Shown here: positions 1 through 14,120 of the stretch, one piece after another
How the letters are laid out: each line of letters opens with the position of its first letter
How positions within the stretch are numbered: the stretch's first letter is position 1
Source of the DNA: Hydrolagus colliei
Taxonomy: Eukaryota
DNA length: 64,000 nt
Direction of reading: 5' to 3'
NCBI GenBank assembly: GCA_035084275.1
Contig: CM068751.1
Location: 3,100,001 to 3,164,000, forward strand
Translations under genes and position numbers: made by a program
Notes under the pieces: generated by a model
Told to the model about the DNA's origin: nothing
The model's input: the letters and a program-made list of their open reading frames with translations, nothing else
Database searches by the model: none

Positions 1-834
1 ATATATAAAAACTCCCACAAGGGCACAAATGGTTATTAAGCACCTTAGCTCTAATCTTGTCTTGCTGTGTGAATTCTCAAAGGACCCAAGCTTTAGCCGA
101 CAGCAATTAAGGTTCAGGTAATGTATAGTAATGAATGGAAAGGGGTTAGGATTACAGACAATAAATTACACAAATTTTTTCATTACTTTATTGGAGAACA
201 CTATGAAGTGAGAAAGTAATGGGCTTTCTCAGAGCAATAAACAGTGTAAAGGAAAGATCCTTTGGGGATAATGAGCTGTTCACCTCAGGGTAGTTGCAAT
301 ACTATCACTTAGAAATTTTAAATAGGTGACAGGCAGGTAAGGATATTTGAACTGCAGAAGGAATGTCCCTAAAAACATGCTTGTGGGTAGTACTAAGAAA
401 TTGATATGCGGGTTGTTTTCCTATGATTAACAATAATGTTATTGTGTAGCGGCTTTAAATCAGGAGGACAACCCGAAGTGCTCCACAGAATTTTGCTGTG
501 AAGCGTGGTAATTTTTGTAGGTGAATGACTCCATTTATTTTATTTAACCGACTTGGTGATACTTTGTACATTTAGTTATAGTTGAGCTACGATATTCTTA
601 TTGCTCTCCTTCGCAAGAAAACTCCTCTCACTCATGGGTGGAAAACGAAAGCCTTTTGGTAATTTTGTCTGGTACAAGTGAAATACTCTTGGTTTATGTG
701 ATTGACGGGTGAAGTGGTTTTTGAAGACACTGCTACCTATTCATGTTCAGAGGTTAACAACTTGTTTGCCTGGACCATTGTAACACCAATTACTACAACA
801 GCAATGGGACTGCCGAGGAGAAAATAAATCTTAT

Positions 835-990
835 CGCCTTCAGCCTTCATATCACACCTGAAGACCTTCCTCTTAGACCTTGCCTATCTCCCCTCTCTCC
901 TTGGTTCAGGGTCAAGCTCTGACCCTGAGAAGTCCCCCCAAGTTGCTACCCTGCATCAAGGACGCTATTTAAATGCAAGCTGTTGTTGTT
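835..990 (+). mobile_element. Short L2 LINE 3' end
   Basis: CTGAAGACCTTCCTCTTAGACCTTGCCT (KTFL.D.A) ... GACGCTATTTAAATGCAAGCTGTTGTTG. Confidence 0.7.
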
Positions 991-1158
991 TCCATCGGAT
1001 GCCACCTCATCCCACAGTCAGAGTTTGTGGCAAATGATATTGTACCATATTTAGCCAGTGGGTTGTAAGGCAGGCCTCACAATGCTTTTAAAAGCCAACA
1101 CAGGTCAACACCTTGATGCCAGTAGATGAAGGGTTGAAAATTGGAGGGTAAAGAAACT

Positions 1159-1430
1159 ATAATAATAATAATAATAATCCTTACATTTGATATAGCGCTT
1201 TTCACATCTTATCAATGTCCCAAAGCGCTTCACAGAATATACTGTAAAGTGAATTGACTGTATATTTGTGGGAGAATCGCGGCAGCCAATTGCGCACAAC
1301 AGTGTCCCACAAACAGCCATGGATTGAAATGACCAATTTTATTATTGTGGTTTTTTTGGAGGGATTATTATTAGGCGTGTGGAGTAAGGAAACCTGCCCA
1401 AGATTTCGCCCTGACCTGCCTGGATTCGAA
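1159..1430 (-). mobile_element. SINE of the same family, head partly lost
   Basis: (AAT)n CCTTACATTTGATATAGCGCTTTTCAC...GTCCCACAAACAG...GGAGTAAGGAAAC is the reverse complement of the 21452 SINE body and tail. A shorter fragment lies near 3377-3470. Confidence 0.87.
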
Positions 1431-4400
1431 TTGTGAAGTAAGATGTGTCAAGGGAAACCTCTTCTCTAGCTCTCTCCCCCCCATCCCCCCCCCCCCCCCC
1501 CCCCCCCCCACTCCCCACAAGGGTTCAGTAGGTGAAGTAGGGGGAGAAAGGCCATGGAGGGCTTTGAGGTGATCAGGATCATGAACTGTATCTTCCATGT
1601 GATGGGAAGCAAGAATAGGGGTGATAGGAGCTGTTGCGGGAGAGGACTGGAGCTGCAGAGTTCTGGGTGATCATCTGCCTACAGAGGGAGAAGTTGTGGA
1701 AGCCAACAGGCAGGGAGTTAGCACGGTGGAGCCTAGATAGACTGGAGGGTTCTTAAATTTAAACAGTGCTGTGACCTCTTCATCTTAGTTAGTGTGAGAG
1801 CGGGACGGGTTGTTCAATGACTAGTTTATGCAGAGTGTAGGGAGGAGCATCTGGAGTGGACGTTTGCAGTATGAGCTGAAGGAGGGAGCTGGTGTTCTGT
1901 GCTGTCAGTGCCCCGCTGTCAGAATGTCGTCCTAATGAAGACAAATGAGTGAGTCGCTGCTTTCTCTGTGGCTGGCAAAGCACTACGGCAGAGCACAGTA
2001 TGGAAGGCACTGAGGGATAAAACCCCTGACAAAAAGGGAAAGATATGAGCATAGAATCCTGATACATTACGTGATTTGCTTCTGAAGAAATCTGCTGCAG
2101 CGTTTAGTGTTCTGCTATCATGGCAGGAATACAAATAGTTGGTTTGCAACACTGTGACCGTTTAAAGCCTTAAATGCTTATCACAGTATGTGTTGGTGTT
2201 CAGCTCCTTTTTGTTTAGCAGAATTGGGGTTAAAGCACTGACTTTGAAACGAAACCATCTTACTGGCATTGGAAATGGGTCATTCACAAAGCGGAAGCTG
2301 TTAACTCCGGGCTCTTTGTTTCCCAGCCAAGCAGAGGCCTGAAAGATCTGACAGAAGTGGGGAAAGCAAGATCAACTGTTGATGAGTGCCCTTTGCAGGC
2401 CTTTCTAATCAGAATTTACGAGTAGTGAATTTGGAATCAGATTTGATGGCCAATTCCTCGATTTTTAGTCCGGCATTAGCTCAGTGACATCCAGGTTGCC
2501 AATGTCCTCCCGATGTGAAAAACTTGATACAAATATAATCTGTTGTTGGATGCCACATTTTCACCTCCGGCTCCCATGTTGCTTCAAATGATTTGACTGT
2601 TTTTATTTGACGTGACCTGGGGGAATTTACAGATGGGCTTTCCACAATCATCCTCTCAGAACCGGTGGGTCATCGTTGTTTTATATAAAAAAAAGCTCCA
2701 TCCCGCTGAGATTTTAGAAAATGTAATAAAATGTCTTGGTTTACATTTAATATGTTAATATGTTCTGAGGAAAATCATGGGGAAAGTTCTCTTTTGGGTC
2801 ATAATATAGAAATGCTGAGGCAGCCAAGGTTAACTTAAACCAGATGGCAATCAACATGCGATGCTGCACAGTATTTCCGTCCTTTCCATCCATTCTTTCT
2901 ACGGCCTCGGCACAGGTTATGTCGGTGGATAAGGTAACAGCATCTTTAGCAGAGGAGGGAGGGAATACTTGAGGCGAGGATATAAAGCAAGGAGCAGCAT
3001 TCAGTTTACCTTTAAGATGCATGAAGTAACACAAGCATCCAGTCACTCAGCGGTCTAGTGAGGAAAACCATGTCATGTAACACATACCACGTGATTTCAT
3101 TCTTGTTCTACGCTCTTGGTTGAAAGAGCTGATTTGGGAAGAGGGGTTAAAAATTGACCATGGAGACTCCAGGCTATGGAGTAGAAAAATCAGCCAGGGT
3201 TTCCCACTTCTGATCACTTAACCGTTGACCTTTACTGGAATGTGCACCTTCATTTGACGCAGAGCAAGGAAAGGATCAAACTCATTTGTTGAGTAGTCAC
3301 TGGGACAAGGAACTGAAGGGTGCCTGATCGAAGGGCCAGCCACTTCAGCAGAGATGGAAAAATTACATTTAATCCAATAATAATAATCCATACATTTGAT
3401 ATAGCGTTTTTCACATTTTATCAACGTCACAGAATATACTGTAAAGTAAATTGACTGTATATTTATGGGTATATCAATGTTCTGACCTCTTTCGGATCCC
3501 GCACACACAATAAATGCTAAAGCAAATTTTACGTTTTACCCCAATATTGTAGTCTGATCATGGAGTGACTTGCAGTGAAGATTTTGTTTCAAAAACTTAA
3601 GCTTAAAAAAAGTTGTCTTAAATATTTTTTTAAATGCTTGTTTAAAAATTGACTGGAGTAATGAGTACACCTGCCGTTTGCCGGGTAAATATTTTAAGTC
3701 TGTTTTCTATCTTAAAAGTACTTGAAAGCATTCTCTAGTGTCTGCAGAGTTAAAAGAAAATAGTCAACAGATGTTGCAGGGCTGAACTTTTACCACAGCT
3801 ATTTCAAACAGGAAGGTTATCAGCTTTGGTGAGTGATTAATGCACCCACCTCTGACTTTCCAGGTCAAGCGATGCATTATCTGTAGAACTGTTGAGGGAG
3901 CTGCAGTGTACAAAGGATAGGGGCAACCAGGTTTAATATCTCACTAGGTTGGCAAAGGTACATAGTTTTCAAAGCACATTATTGATTCCTGCATTTGTCA
4001 GTAGTGCTTATTTGTGAGGATGGAACAATAGCCTCCTGTTACTCTTGTTAATTGACGATAATCAAAGTTGAACAATCGCCTTTTCATTCTCACCCACCCC
4101 CTTCCTCCTTTCCAGATAAAATTCCAGGTGTGGGCGGGTGGCATGACAGAGAAGAAAATTCCAAAGAAAAGTGGGAAAATCAGCCATTGCTCTGACAGTA
4201 CTTTTATGCAGGTCCAACAGGTCTTTTATTTCAGTACTAGAAACTAAACTGAAAAAATTGAAAACTAAAGTACACATAATGCAATCGAGCAGGGGAATTT
4301 AAAAAAAAACTACTGAAAAGCATAATTAGAATTTTGTTTTGTTTTCTAAACAAAAAGTGGGGGTAAAACTGCATTGAAACTCGATGTTTAAATGAGGCTT

Positions 4401-7400
4401 CCGAGGAAGGGATTTTTTTTACATGCTTTATTAACGTGGCACGCAAGGAAAGCTTATATCTCCATTGATGTTTCTCAGAAAGAGTCTAGTGACATTACTC
4501 TGATCACCTGCATAGACAAAAGCTCCACAGAACTGTCAAACAAAACTTTTTTGTGGTTATTTTCAACAAAAAATTCTCCTGCTCAATTTCAGTAGGTTTA
4601 ATTCATTTTCAATTTTTTGCAGTCTAGTTTTTTTTAGTAAGACCGTCCTCTTCGACCACAACTCTGGTCGCCACCGCCTCTGATCCCAACCCATGTTGCA
4701 CATCCTCGGCTGTCCTCCCACTGTGAAAGGATTGTTTTATTTAAAATCCATGCTAATCGAACATTTTGGCAAGTGATTAAATTGCTGGCAATACTTACCA
4801 TAGGCCAAGTATACTTACCATACTTACAGGATGCTCATGCTCTGTTGAGGCATGAGCATCCTGGAGATTTGCTTTTAGAGTCTTTGTGTTAATTCTCACT
4901 TTTTCCAATTAAACTGTTTTATATTGCCATTTGAAATAAAGACAATGTTTGACAATACTTTGAAAGGTTATTATTAAAGGCTGCATGCTGTGGGTAAGTG
5001 GCTGGGTATCAGTTACTGGCTGTGAAAGTGTTGTATGGAATCTAGGTCAGTGATTAAAAACGGTGACCTATTAACTGCAGAGACAGGAGATTATCCATCA
5101 GCCTTTCGCATTTTAATCCCTGTTGCATTGAGGCTGATTGCCGTGACATGTTGTCCTCAGGCTGGCATGGCAAGCAAAGCGACAAGGATATCACAGGGTT
5201 ACATTTTTTTTCTCTCTCAAAAATCCTTCTGATATGTGATTGTGATAAATAATAAATAGAGGGGTGCCTGATACCAAAAATAGTGATCTGTTTTGTAAGT
5301 CTTAATAACGCAACACAATCTTCAAATTAGAGCTAAACTGGTTAAATGTGAATACAAAATAAAGTTACTCCGTACAAAGGCTTGTGAGAATGCGGAATGC
5401 ACTGCCCCAGAAGGCCATGGATCCTGAATCAATTGAGGTGTTTGAAAGGGAGATAAGATAGATTCTTGGGAAGTAAGAGTATTAAGGGATGTGGAGAAAA
5501 GGCAAGGAAATGGGATTAAAGAGATAAAGAGCTCCCATGAACTAATAAAATAATGGAACTGGCCTACTCTTGTTCCTGTGGACAAGCAATGAAAAGATTA
5601 ATCGTAACAATTGGCGCGTGATAGACCCAATGTCTAAGAAGTACATCTTGCATTACTTATTGTGAAGCTTCCTCAATAGCTTATTTGGTAAATCCATTGC
5701 CTGGTGCGAACATGACAGATTCAGACACAGACAGTTCCTGGTTTGTACTGAGTCAGACAGGCAATAATGGGCATATTCCAATTTAAGTATTTTACCTTTG
5801 GGAAAATTGAGGTTTCCCCTTTTGATCACAACCACTGACACCTGCTGCAGTGTTAAAATCAGATCAAGGCAAGATTGCGCTTAAAATAGAATAAGTTAAA
5901 TAACTTATTTAAGGCTCACTTTGTTGAGGCTCACTCACACGTGAAGAATGGAGACCTTTATTGTGCTACTGGAAGGAAGGAAGTACGGTACCTGCAGAAC
6001 CCCATCCAGTATCGAATTTGCTGTATTAAATAGGAGCTCAGCAGCTCAAATACTCGACGACACAAACATTTACAGGAAGTCTATCCTTCAATCCATTTCC
6101 ACTGCATGGTTTGGTGCACAGAGTACAATCGCAATCGTTACACTGCTCTATTTGATATCACTGTTGGAAGAAAGAGGGCAGCACATATGTCTGTGCTAAA
6201 AGAGTAATTCCATGTTTAACCACCATAATTGAGAGATGCATATGAGCTGAAGTGGAAATGTAAGGCTTACTGCTGGAAGTAGGGTGCGGAACACAGCCGT
6301 TGATTTATACACAAGAAACGAGCATGACTTAAAAGCTAGAATATAGCCCTTTTGAAATTTGCACAAGCACTCTAAAATATGGCACTGTTTGTTCTCCATA
6401 ATGATATGGTGTTAAGACCTGTTCTAGAAGGGAAGTTGTTCAACTTTGCTTAGGATGAACCCTGGATCAGAGTAACATACAAGCCATCGGATTCTGAGCT
6501 GGAATAGGAAATCTCAAGATGATGTCTATGCTTCATTCGGCTTTCTTTAGACTTGACCCTGTTCTATTCCAGTGCCTTCCTTGATCCTGCAATGATATTC
6601 TTTTAATGGTGCAATTCCAACATCATCCCTCATAACTGTCAACCTGTTAATTTCAATGGTCAATAATTTGCACTGAATCTTATAGCCCATTTGTGAGCCA
6701 TTAGCTTTGAATTGATTGGCTGCAATCAATGTAACCGTTCATCTGAGACGCTTTATGATCCATAATGGGCCATGAAGCCGACAATGGCTTTTTTATGCAG
6801 AAATATGTTTGGGAAAACACTGGTATCAACAGTTATTGGAGGTTAATTCAAGGAAACAACGCAGTAATTGGCAGGTAAAAAACATCATTTTGTTTTCAAA
6901 TTGGGTATGTGTTTTTATAACCTGAGGAAGACAGCAAATGGAAGATCTTTTAGATTCCAGGTTCCTAGCACTTCTTGATCAATTAAAGTAAGGCAATTTT
7001 CCACTTTCTAAGTGCCTTAGCCTCAAACTCACAAGAGCCTTTCCAATTGCTCAGTGTGAGACATCTAATTTTCAGAGCAGCCAGCCAGCCTTCTGGCCCC
7101 TCTGAGAAAGATTTTCAATTTAATATCAATTAAGTTCTCCACTGCATGCCAATAGTGACTAGAAAGTGAGGTGGGAATGTCCCAATCTAATTTCAAATAG
7201 AAACCAATAGCTAACACAAAGTAAGAGAGAGAGAAAGACTTTCACTGGGTTCATCACAGCATGCAATGTAATCCAGGTAGCATAGGCAAAAAGATAGCAG
7301 GATAAAAACTCTCCACTACCCAGTCCCCCACTTAATTTCTTGATGCACTGAGAGGTGAGGGACACTTCACACACCGGTGATGCATTTGTGAGTTGGTAGA

Positions 7401-8217
7401 GCTTTTGACCAAGCCGTGCTGCTGGTTCAATTACAATCATAAATGCTTTAAATCATAAATGTAACTAAACACCAACACATTAGACCAGATAGGCCTGACA
7501 GAATTTTAAAATGTGCATTGTCACCTTACTTAACCCAAAAACTGGAAGGTTGGGCCAATTGCTACTACCGATTATAATTGGTCTTCGAATCTACAGATTT
7601 GGGATAATCATCTACAGTTTTCCTCAATTAGGATGAAGGAGATGGGGGTGGGGAATGGATAACGGGAATAGGTGTGAAAATAATAGGCAGATGGTAGTCT
7701 ATGACACAATTAGTTATGCAGGATGTCAGCCAGAAGGATAAAGCTGACATTTCAGTTTTAACCTTCGGAGCTGCAAGACATAGCTCTCTGGTTGGCTGGT
7801 GAGAAGCTTCATTGTGTAGAGAATATCATCATGTAATGGATGAGTAACGGAGCAGAATCACAGGCTTTCATTAACCCCGCAAGTCCAGGTTTCTTTGGTT
7901 TGTGTGCGATTGTAAATACGCTGCTCCATTGAAAGGCCAGATGACAAGCATAATTGTGAATAATTGGACCATTGAATTATAAAATGATCACAATTTTGTT
8001 TTTAAACCACCTTTAAACCAATTAGTCCAAAGACGCCATCTGCTTCTCTGTAATTTTTCCAAAGACATGGAGGAAAAAGGATTTTTCAGTTGATATTTTC
8101 AGGTGGTCATTTTAGGTGGGAATGTCACATCCAGGAGCTAGGGAGCTATAGGGGTTTGCTTCACAGCGATTAAACAATGGAAAACAATACAACCTACATA
8201 TGTCAGGAGGACATCTA

Positions 8218-8795
8218 AACAACAACAACAAAATTACATTTGTATAGCGCCATTCACGTCAGGAGGACGTCCCAAGGCGGCGGACAATTACAGTTTCAGA
8301 CCTGAGCTGAGGACGGGGGGAGAGGGCTGGGGGTGATAAGGAGTTGCTGATGGGTCCACCGAAGAGGAGAGTCTTGAGGCAAGATTTGAAGGAGCCAGGG
8401 AGGGGGCGAGGCGGAGGGACTGTAGGATGGAGTTCCAGAGGTTGGAGGCAGAGTTGCTGAAGGCTCGCCCGCCAACGGCAGGTGGGTCAGGGGACGTGGA
8501 GCAGGCCAGAGGCCTGCTGAGTGGAGGGGGCGGGTAGGTAGGTTAGGGGTTGGAGGTCACGGATGTAGGATAGGGAGAGGTTGTGGAGGGCTTTAAGTGA
8601 GGATCAGGATCTTGAATTGGATCCTCTGGATGATGGGAGCCAATGGAGTCGGACAAGGATGAGGGAGATGGGGTCATGGAGTTTGGAACGGTAAAGGACA
8701 CAGGCTGCAGAGTTCTGGATTATCTGCAGCCCGTGGAGGGAGGAATTGGGAAGGCCGACCAGCAGAGCATTTGCATAATCGAGCCGGGATGTAAA
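8218..8795 (-). mobile_element. Degenerate L2 LINE 3' fragment
   Basis: Minus-strand translation FTSRLDYANALLVGLP...IQNSAA...LHWLP, plus the same 3' tail and (TTG)n as the 47.5 kb copy. Confidence 0.9.
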
Positions 8796-9401
8796 AAAGT
8801 GCCTCATAGTGCTGGACAGGCATCTGAGCTGGAGGTGGGAGCCACTCATAGAAGCTTAATGAGTGGAGAGAGTAAAGATGACCAAAATCATAATCAAGCT
8901 GTATGTTTTGAGATATGCCTTGAGGGAGGGAGGAAGCGAGCAAGTTGGACGGATTCTGGGATGGAATTCCAGTGAGAGGGTTCAGAAACGTCGAAAACCC
9001 ATTTGCTGGTGGATTGGAGAAGGGATATGAAAGAGGCTAGTGTTCACTGAGGGGAGGGAACTGCAGGTCCTTAGGGTTTGAATTCTTTGGGCTGGTAGAT
9101 GGTAAGCAGGGCCAGGATCGTGTTATACAGATGGTAAACACTAATAGTTTCTCTCTGTGTTGTAGCATTATTGGGCTTTTCATGCACACGCAGGCATGTC
9201 TGTTCATACGCCTGCTTATTCAGAGCTTTCTCATTGGATCTGTCAGTAAATAGCTTCAAAGATTTTCAATTAAATCAAACAGTCTTCCATTGTTCTGATG
9301 GTCATAGTTTATAATAATTATCTGTGCAAAGAGGTGGACATTCGTGTAGAATCAATGGGTGGAATAAAAGTAACTCAGACAAAGATCTGAGTCTATTATA
9401 C

Positions 9402-9675
9402 CAGTGGTTCTCAACCAGGGGATAGAAAATTATTTCCAGGAGGTACAGGTAACAGTACATTCATTTATTTAGCACTCTTCTTTAGCGTTTTATAGCTTCC
9501 AAATTGTATATTTAATTGTTATTCCCCTTGTTTTGTTTGTGCTAGTTATTCTGTCATATAAGAAAAGCTTGGTCATAAAATGCAGGTGGAATGTGTGTAT
9601 GCAATTGGGTGGGGGTACACGATAATGTTGAAAATTAACTACGGGTACATTACTGAAAAAGGTTGAGAACCACTG
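9402..9675. mobile_element. hAT (Charlie-type) MITE, 274 bp
   Basis: Perfect 15-bp TIRs CAGTGGTTCTCAACC / GGTTGAGAACCACTG. Degenerate 8-bp TSD TATTATAC / CACTATAC. Confidence 0.9.
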
Positions 9676-12499
9676 CACTATACTGATCACCTGCATATAT
9701 ACTATGTAACTTCACTTTCCTTGTGTATATTTGGTGGAGCCAAGTGCCAATTTTTAAACACATTTAAGAGAGGGGCACATGCATTAAGACAACCCAGTTT
9801 ATGAAGCTATAGGGTCAATGAAAGGGTGGGTGGTGTGAGTGGAGAGAATTAAGAACTGGACAGGATTAACCTACAAGAAATAACAGTTCTTTTCCAGCAT
9901 ATGCAAAATATGCACAATATATTAAGATAGGTTTTTTTTAAAAAAGATAAAATATATTTGAAAATTACTTGGATTAGACTGAAGTCTAATTTGTGATTTT
10001 TGCCTCAATTTGACACTGCAAAGTGGGTGGAGGATTGCCTTCCCCACTGTGATCTTTGCCTGAAGATAATGGAAATAAATCACACAAACTAGTCTGTTCT
10101 GCAGGTCTTGTGAGCCAGCTGACATTTACAATAACCTGTGCAATGTTCCGTGTAGTAATAGGACCTGCAAGTCCAAAAAAAAAGCCCGTTTGTACCAGAG
10201 TCACACTGCAGTTTTTTCTGCTTTGTATTTAATTGTGCAAATACGCCAAATGTGATCATTGCCTAATTGAACCAGATGGTTCTGCTGAAAACCACAGCCA
10301 GTAATAACCAAAATGTAATGGTTCATTATGGGACATGCTCCATTGCTGGGTAAGTCATCACTGTGAGCTGGGCTATCAGAGGTACTTAATCAATTTATGA
10401 CAAACACAGCTTATCTTCTTGCATGGAAGCTTTTTAAGCCTCATTCATCTTGCGTGTGAAACAACAATCGTTGGTGGACAATTTAAGCTCCTGATGAGCT
10501 TAGATGTTGGCTTGCCACCAGTTGGCTGGTAGCAGATGGAGTCCTGCAGCAAATGGGCAGGCTGCTGAGTTTGTGCACCCCCTGCAGGCTTGAGTAAGCC
10601 TCTACAGGTGTGGCCATGGCTCTGGTTTTAGTAAATACCCAATGAGAGGTTCTCTACTTCCCTAGGTCCAGGTAGGTTGTGGTGATACATGCTGCTCCTG
10701 TGCAAAAGACAGACGAGGCCACGTTGAAGAAATCTACATTCCCCACTAAGGATGCACTATTGCCATCCTGGGGCTGTTTCCAATGTGTTCAGCTCTAAGA
10801 ATAGCTCAACCTTACATCGCCTGCTACTGAGCTGCCGGAGAGTTTACACAAGATCACAAGAGAGATACAGATCAAGAAGGCCCTTTGGCATGTGTAAGCA
10901 CATCTTTCCAGAAAACTCAGCCTACCTTCTGCACATTACAGCGTCAAGCTGTTTTTTAAATGAGTTCAGTTTAATGCAAACTTTCACTTCAGTTTGCTTT
11001 TGCTATTTTAATCTCATTATTTTTTTAAAGCAGTAATATAAATCTAATACACAGATCCAGCAACCAACAGTGGCACAATACTGTTATTACATTGTCAATT
11101 GGGGACAGTGGATTCTCTTTTCATTCCAAGGACTGTAAACAGATGCAAGTACTGTACTGGGTGGGTGAAAATGAACCGTATAACATATGCATCTTGGCTG
11201 GGGATTCAGCCAGACACTGGAGTCTACCATGTGCTGAATGCTAAGCGAGCCCCCACCACCTAAGTATTAAGGCATAATGAAAAGATTGTAAGTGTTATAG
11301 ATCAATGCAGGACAGACTCTTGCCAACCTAGTCATTTTCAATGTGTGTGACACAGGAAGCCAATCAATGATGTTTGCCAACCTGCACCAAGCTTAGCTCT
11401 TGTGCAGTACTGTACTTTATACCATTTAACAAACTAGTAGATTAGTTTCATGATGTACACTTTAAATTGTCCAGCAACAACTGGTGTTGATACAAACACA
11501 GCTAACAAAACACCATTTCCTTTCGAGAGACCCGTGAGCTAAAGTGCAGCATCTTTTCTGGGAATGGCATTTTTTTTAAAAAAAGTATTGATTGCAATAA
11601 ACAGACAAAACTTTCAGCAGGAGAGGGGAAAATAGAAGTAAGTGAGCATTGTTTCAGGGATAGCAGATCAAGAAATGCTTTAGGTAAAAGGACTGGCCTG
11701 CTTCCCTAAATGATCCATCCCACCATCAACAGGCGAGCTTTCAGCCATTCCATTCCTGCTATTTTGAACACCAACTTGGGGTCACACAGCTTTGCAACTG
11801 TCTATCCCCATCTTCTGGTTCTGAGGTCAACGTGTTACAAACTGAGCCAGGCTAACTCCTGGTGTGACTTGAACAGATAGACAGCAACACAGCCAAGCTT
11901 CCTATTCCCTATTTCTGTTCATTGACACCTGAAGAAAAGGAATGACCACCATGGTCTGATTTATATGAAGTCCTGTTGCAGAGATTTATGTGCTATCAGT
12001 TAATTTTCTTGTTTACAACAGCCAGTTCACAGTATAATGAGTTCCAATGTAGGGTTGTGTGTGTAGAGAGGGTGCTGGGGGTGGAGAGGGGGGACTGATT
12101 TATTTGCCATTTTGTACTCACCATCAGGAAATTGATTGACTTTGCCGATAAATCCAGGGAATAGCCAATTGAATTGATGGGAAGATTTTGCTTTCGCTAT
12201 AAGGCTGGGAAGTGGCTGTTAGAGATGATATGAGGAGCAATCCAGTGGGGGAAATGTTGTGGTAGCTGACTTGTGTGTGTGCTGGTAGCTGGCATTAACT
12301 TGAGCTATAAAATCACACATAACCCAGTACACTTTACCATTGCCATTGCATGATGTGCTGCCAGTGAGATTCTCCTAATTCATTACCTTCAATTGGTCCC
12401 AGGAGCAACATGTTTGTTGCAGAGGTTCAATGTTGTCTGCAGAGAAGGGCTTTCAAAGAGAATCTATGATTGTGCTGCTCTGTGGTTTTTGCCCCAGAG

Positions 12500-13025
12500 C
12501 AGAATTCTGCAGCTCGTGTACTCTTCCACACCAGGCTTTGCGACCACATCACTGGCTCCCCGTCACCCAGAGGATCGAATTCAAGATCCTTGTTCTCACT
12601 TTCAAGCCCATTCACGGCCTTGCCCCCACCTATCTCTCTGACCTACTGTCTCCCTATCAGCCTGTGCCCACACCCTCCGTTCAGCAGACTCAGGCCTGCT
12701 CCGCGTCCACAGCCCTAACCGCCCAACCATCGGCGGCTGGGCTTTCAGCCTCTCTGCTCCCACACTGTGGAACTCCATCCCGCAGCCCCTCTGCCTCGCT
12801 TCCTCCCTTTCCTCCTTCAAGGCCGGTCTCAAGACCTTCCTCTTCGACCGCGCCTTCGGCTGCCCCACTAACTCTTCCCCCTCTCCCACTCTCCTTCCCC
12901 TTCCCCCTCTCCCTTCCCCCCCCCCCCCCCCCCCCCCCCCCCATTCGGGTCCTGACCTGACTGTTCGCTTTGGGACGTCCTCCCAATGTGAAAGACGCTA
13001 TATAAGTGCAATTTTGTCGCTGTTG
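12500..13025 (+). mobile_element. L2 LINE 3' fragment with a poly-C tract in its 3' UTR
   Basis: QNSAARVL / [19 protein letters not shown] / KTFLFDRAF across shifted frames. Tail GGGACGTCCTCCCAATGTGAAAGACGCTATATAAGTG. Confidence 0.92.
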
Positions 13026-14030
13026 CCCTTCAAATGGACATAATTGTGAAAATCTGTCATATTGAACATTGTTTTTCATTGAAATCCCAGTAGCAAAATT
13101 GCTTGGATCAATGGATGTGGATTTTTCTCATGGATTCTCATGTGACTCGTTACTGACCATAGTTGACAGAGTGGGTGAAAAACCTCAATGTTTTAGTGGT
13201 ATTGGGCTGTAGATCAGCGTGTATGTACCTGTTTGTTTTGTGTAATTTTTTTCCCCCCAAAACTAGATTTGTTAGTTGCAGCTGACGGTTTGCAAAACCC
13301 ACAACATTTGTGAAACCTAAGTCTGCAAATGCTATAAAAAGGCCAGTGAGAAAAATGTCCAATTGTTTCTCACAACCATTTGTTGACTTTGCTGTATTAG
13401 GATTCATGACTTGCAGATGGAATTTCATAGGATGGATGCCTCATTAACACATGAACCCCATTGTAAGAATCACTGAAATCATTCAATCTGCTGCCTCCAC
13501 AAAGATGGCCTGCTTTGTGCTAACAAGAAATAATGTCTTAATCCACGAGACAAGGATTACCCATGTTTCCAATTTCAACTACAAATGTGCTGAAGCCTTT
13601 GGCTCCCCTGCTCACTCATTGCATATTATGTCCAAGCCTATCGGAAAGTTAATAAAGTTAAGATTATGTAGGCCTTGCTTTTCATTAAATGTTAATTCCT
13701 CAAGCTGCCCTCATTCTGGCAGCAAAGTGCTGATAATCACAAGAGTAAGGTAAGTGTTTCTTAGGATCTTCCACCTCTTGCCGCCCCACCATCAGACAAT
13801 GCAGGTCTACATTTGTCCAACAGTCGACCAACGGTGATAAAATCATATTCTTGTGCTGTCAGGGTAATACGCGCTCACACATTCTGTGGAGCTAGAGTGA
13901 ATGTTACTCCCAGGGTGGCCTGACTGTCTGTCTCTCACAAACCATGATAACTTACATTTTTATACTTTACAGTGTGAGTGAATAAAGGAGGAAATGTGGT
14001 TTGAGATCCTGAGATTAGTCTGGTCCAATA

Positions 14031-14120
14031 ACACTTGAGCACACTTGTCAACCACCACCAACACTAGAGCACACTTGTCAACCATCACCAACACTAGAGC
14101 ACACTTGTCAACCATCACCT
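14031..14120. repeat. Minisatellite, 3 x 30 bp
   Basis: ACACT(T/A)GAGCACACTTGTCAACCA(C/T)CACC(A/T) repeated head to tail three times with no spacers. Confidence 0.95.

Noticed and set aside
906-928. Hairpin TCAGGGTCA-agctc-TGACCCTGA, also an inverted nuclear-receptor half-site pair
   Set aside because: It lies within an L2 3' UTR fragment and is too short to support a separate call.
4501-9697. 14-bp exact match TGATCACCTGCATA near 4501 and 9684
   Set aside because: There is no extension on either side, and a few such matches are expected by chance in 64 kb.
14031-14120. 30-bp repeats resembling a CRISPR array
   Set aside because: The units are contiguous with no unique spacers, no cas genes are present, and the context is a vertebrate intron. 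It is a minisatellite.
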